Positions 56,388 to 59,048 of a stretch of DNA of 59,048 nt are shown here, piece by piece. Source of the DNA: a virus (taxonomy: Duplodnaviria; Caudoviricetes); IMG/VR virus record IMGVR_UViG_3300025030_000116, positions 1-59,048 of that record; one strand, 5' to 3'. The first letter of the stretch is position 1. Each line of letters begins with the position of its first letter. Under the pieces are notes generated by a model that made no database searches, was not told where the DNA came from, and saw only the letters and a program-made list of their open reading frames with translations. The position numbers and the translations under genes are program-made.

Positions 56388-57668
56388 CTATGCGGCCCAC
56401 TTCATTGCTGTTCCTGTTGCGTTCTGTATCTTGGTTTTAATGTCCGCGCTAATGCCTTTCCAAATAATCATGTTTTCAACTTCATCCTGTGAGAAACCAG
56501 CTTTTAACAGCTTTGCACCCTTGTAACTTGCGCGGGGACTGATAACCATGCGCTCTTTCAAGTCAAAAGCTGCTTTACGGTACATCTGCACCCGTCTGCA
56601 CCACTGGTCGTTTCCAGCCAGTAGCCGCTCTAGCTCTTCGTCATAGTCAAAATCGACAACTGCAAAGCGGTCCAGGCTGGCGGCGTCTAGCTGGTTGCGG
56701 CCTACATACTGCCGGTCGGCGCCTCTCCCGTAGGTGTTCATGGCACAGACGCAAACGAAGTCGGCGTTAACTTCAATCATCCCGTCCGGGAAGGCTGCGA
56801 GGCTGTTTGAAAGGATCGCGTTTAAGATGGTCAGCACGTTGGCGTTGCCTGCGTCCGCTTCGTCTAGGAGGAAAACCCCGCCATACTCCACGGCGTCCCT
56901 TAGCTGCGTCCGGTTGTATTTGCCGTGGGCGTCGATGAAGCCTAAGAGGTCGGTCTTTGTCGTCTGCTGTCCGACACTGATGCAGTAAAACTTCAACCCC
57001 ATTGCCTCGGCTGCCTGATGCGTTGCGTGGGTCTTTCCAGATCCAGCCGGACCGACTAGCATGTAATGCTCACGGGCTGCGATGATCTTGCAAAGCGTGG
57101 GGAACATCTTGTGTTGCACTCCTGCCTTGATAACTTCCTTGCCAGGGATGACAACCTCAAAGCGGCGGGTATTGCTGTCGATAACTTCCTTGACGATCTT
57201 TCTAACCCGTTCCTCGTCAAACACAGCCACGACCGGCGTTGCTCCCGCTGACCCCGTATCTATCCATGTCCCGTTGTTGATGTAGTCGGTAAGCTGTGCG
57301 CGGGTCCATTTGGTTCTAAGGTCCGTTGTGGGTAGCCCTGCCGCTTTCGCCTTGTCCGCTGCCGCCTTCCGCAACTCTTGCACGCTGGCCTGGCTCACCT
57401 CGTCGCTGCTCATGTCCTCGCTCCCCTCGATTGCTTCCGTCTCTTCATTGAATGTTGTGATAACCAGATGGGCCTCTCTCGCTCCGTCTGCCAGTCCAGC
57501 GTTGTAGGTGTAAAACTTCTCCGCTTTGTCCTTACCAACAACGCTTGGCTTCCAGTGCTCCCCGCTCCAGTGCGTATCTGTCAGATACCGCTTTTCCCTG
57601 TCGTTCTCCGCCTCGGCTACCCAATAAGGGAGCCCCTTCTTCTTGCTGGTAAATTTCACGATCTTCAT
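56388..57668 (-). CDS. MoxR/CbbQ-type AAA+ ATPase
   Basis: GPAGSGKT, FLLDEAD, NT.G.G....YVGRNQLDAA.LDRF, ISPR. Confidence 0.9.
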   Translation of the reverse strand: MKIVKFTSKKKGLPYWVAEAENDREKRYLTDTHWSGEHWKPSVVGKDKAEKFYTYNAGLADGAREAHLVITTFNEETEAIEGSEDMSSDEVSQASVQELRKAAADKAKAAGLPTTDLRTKWTRAQLTDYINNGTWIDTGSAGATPVVAVFDEERVRKIVKEVIDSNTRRFEVVIPGKEVIKAGVQHKMFPTLCKIIAAREHYMLVGPAGSGKTHATHQAAEAMGLKFYCISVGQQTTKTDLLGFIDAHGKYNRTQLRDAVEYGGVFLLDEADAGNANVLTILNAILSNSLAAFPDGMIEVNADFVCVCAMNTYGRGADRQYVGRNQLDAASLDRFAVVDFDYDEELERLLAGNDQWCRRVQMYRKAAFDLKERMVISPRASYKGAKLLKAGFSQDEVENMIIWKGISADIKTKIQNATGTAMKWAA

Positions 57669-58067
57669 GGCTGCATCCTCCTACCAAGTTGGTTGACATT
57701 GAAAGGCTCGATAAACCCGCCGGACCTTTCAGCCTGGCGGGTTGCTCCATCCTTTCAAGCTGTCATTGCCTCGCGCATCATGGCGCAGTATTCGTGAGTT
57801 AACAGCAAGCCCTCTTCCATAAAATCCTCAACTTCAGCGATTGTGACCTTTTCCATGTCTAGTTCCCCCTGTCTGCTTGTGGTTGGCTGCAAGTCGATAA
57901 GCGCCGAAGCTTTTACACCTCGGCGCTATCATCTCGATTCCTACCTGTCTGTCTGTTCTCACCCTGTCACGGTGCCCTATCGCTTGTCCCCTTCGCCCTG
58001 GTAACTCCGCTCACCTCATTGACGGTATGCCGTCCTCGTTGGGCCTGCTGGCTGTGGGGGTCAACGC

Positions 58068-58086
58068 TATTCAGTTGTCAAAGATC
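58068..58086 (-). promoter_or_regulatory. rrn-type boxA antitermination-like sequence
   Basis: GATCTTTGACAACTGAATA on the - strand, about 30 nt after the predicted transcription start. Confidence 0.6.
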
Positions 58087-58121
58087 CGGTTCCTGCGGCG
58101 CTGTGCCAACCACGCAAAACA

Positions 58122-58150
58122 ACCTTAAACGAGTTAACGCAACTTTGCAA
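58122..58150 (-). promoter_or_regulatory. Promoter of the leftward right-arm operon
   Basis: TTGCAA-17-TAAGGT; GTTAAC in the spacer; operator-like variant at 58162. Confidence 0.6.
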
Positions 58151-58562
58151 GAAGTTTTGTTCAACAAAGTAGGATTTTTATTCGATGAAATCTAAGACTT
58201 CGATAAGCTGCTAAATTGTTTGCACTCTCTACCTAAAATATATACTGAAGAGGAGTATATACTATACATAAAAGACCTGTCTCTCCGAGTCCTTTATACC
58301 TGCCTTGTGGTTGATGGAAGGGAAAAGAGATAGAAAGGGTTCGCGGTCGGCGTGCCTCGGGCCTTTTTCGCATGGCGTGAAATCGTGATCGGTCAGGGCG
58401 TCGGCTGCCCGGTCAATCCAAGTTAACTTGCTGCCCGATGCCTGCCAGAATGCCCGAATTGCACCCCTTTTGCCTGGCCTTGTCCCCTTTTCCGTCCCCC
58501 TTCGCCTTGCTCCCCCTCTCAAGTACCTGTTATTCATCAAGTTAACTCGGCACAGCAAAGGT

Positions 58563-58979
58563 TTATCCATCCTTGGCGCACCGTATCGGCTCCATGCCCA
58601 GCCGCTCCCAGCCCCGGTGCTCCAACAGCACCCGGGTGCCGCCCCCTTCGGCGCGGAAGCTCAACTCCAGCTCGGTCGGCGGATAGGGCTTCTTGTTGGG
58701 CTTCCAGGCGATCACCAGCCTGGCCGGCGGGTCCCAGACCATGATCCTTCCCCACGACAGCAGCTCACCGCTGGACAGGCGCTCCAGCACCTGCCCGTCG
58801 ACCCGCGGCTCCATCTCCACCCCCACCGGGGTCACCCCGGGAAGCTCCTCGTCCACGGCGCGCGAGTGGCTGTCCAGGGGCCACCAGTTGGACAGGCCCT
58901 GCGTGAACACCCGGAAAGCCTGCTCTACGGAGCAGCGCACCACGATGCTTCTTCGAATCGGCTCCAGCTTCAGGCTCAT
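58563..58979 (-). pseudogene. SRPBCC/AHSA1-family gene, apparently truncated at a junction with phage DNA
   Basis: SVEQAFRVFT....WWP, WG.I.VWDPP.RLV..W, GTRV.LEHRGWERLG, then loses the usual C-terminal GW helix; GC-richer than the phage. Confidence 0.7.
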
Positions 58980-59047
58980 CGCCGTCCTCCTTTCTTTTCC
59001 GCGCTTTCCTTGAAGGCCGCCAGGGCCGTGTCCCAGAACAGCTCCAG
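58976..59047 (-). CDS. ArsR-family regulator, C-terminal fragment (runs off the window)
   Basis: LELFWDTALAAFKESAEKKGGRR*, ATGA-coupled to SRPBCC, the usual ArsR-SRPBCC pairing. Confidence 0.6.
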   Translation of the reverse strand: MELFWDTALAAFKESAEKKGGRR

Positions 59048-59048
59048 G

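Larger units (their letters stand above)
1..58590. mobile_element. Temperate tailed phage genome, non-integrated form (attP intact), probably podovirus-type
   Basis: Complete packaging, head, tail, lysis, integration, recombination and replication modules; no tape measure or sheath gene recognised; right boundary approximate. Confidence 0.95.

Noticed and set aside
1-58590. Stop-codon reassignment
   Set aside because: Core genes are intact under the standard code and all three stops are used

Overview
Positions ~1-58,590 are a near-complete, non-integrated temperate tailed phage genome. The tail and ejection genes suggest a podovirus-type virion, and overlapping spanin-like genes imply a Gram-negative host. 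Gene order on the + strand: noncoding left end; thyX and accessory genes; RusA; small and large terminase; tRNA-Thr(UGU); portal, scaffold, capsid; adaptors and tail tube; two tail fibre genes; an HlyC-like acyltransferase; ejection-type proteins; a 2280-aa large polyvalent protein; lysis cassette; an intact attP (3' half of tRNA-Cys). Integrase and a putative repressor follow on the - strand. YqaJ/RecT/SSB, a DUF1376 initiator, a primase-helicase, HU and a linker-bounded cassette array follow on the + strand. A leftward right-arm operon encodes an AAA ATPase with its partner, Nmad5, a radical SAM protein and an HNH-like/AlpA fusion. The last ~460 bp are GC-richer bacterial-type DNA (truncated SRPBCC gene and ArsR C-terminus), possibly chimeric. 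The strongest unexplained signal is the palindrome GTTAAC: 81 copies by eye against roughly 11 expected, placed in RBS spacers, hairpin loops and synonymous codon positions. Other notable signals are a three-unit variable-gene cassette array with conserved linkers and attC-like ends, an rrn-like boxA followed by a family of intergenic long hairpins, and a genome-wide CAACnnnGTTG operator-like motif. All protein family calls come from motif recognition by eye; no database searches were run.
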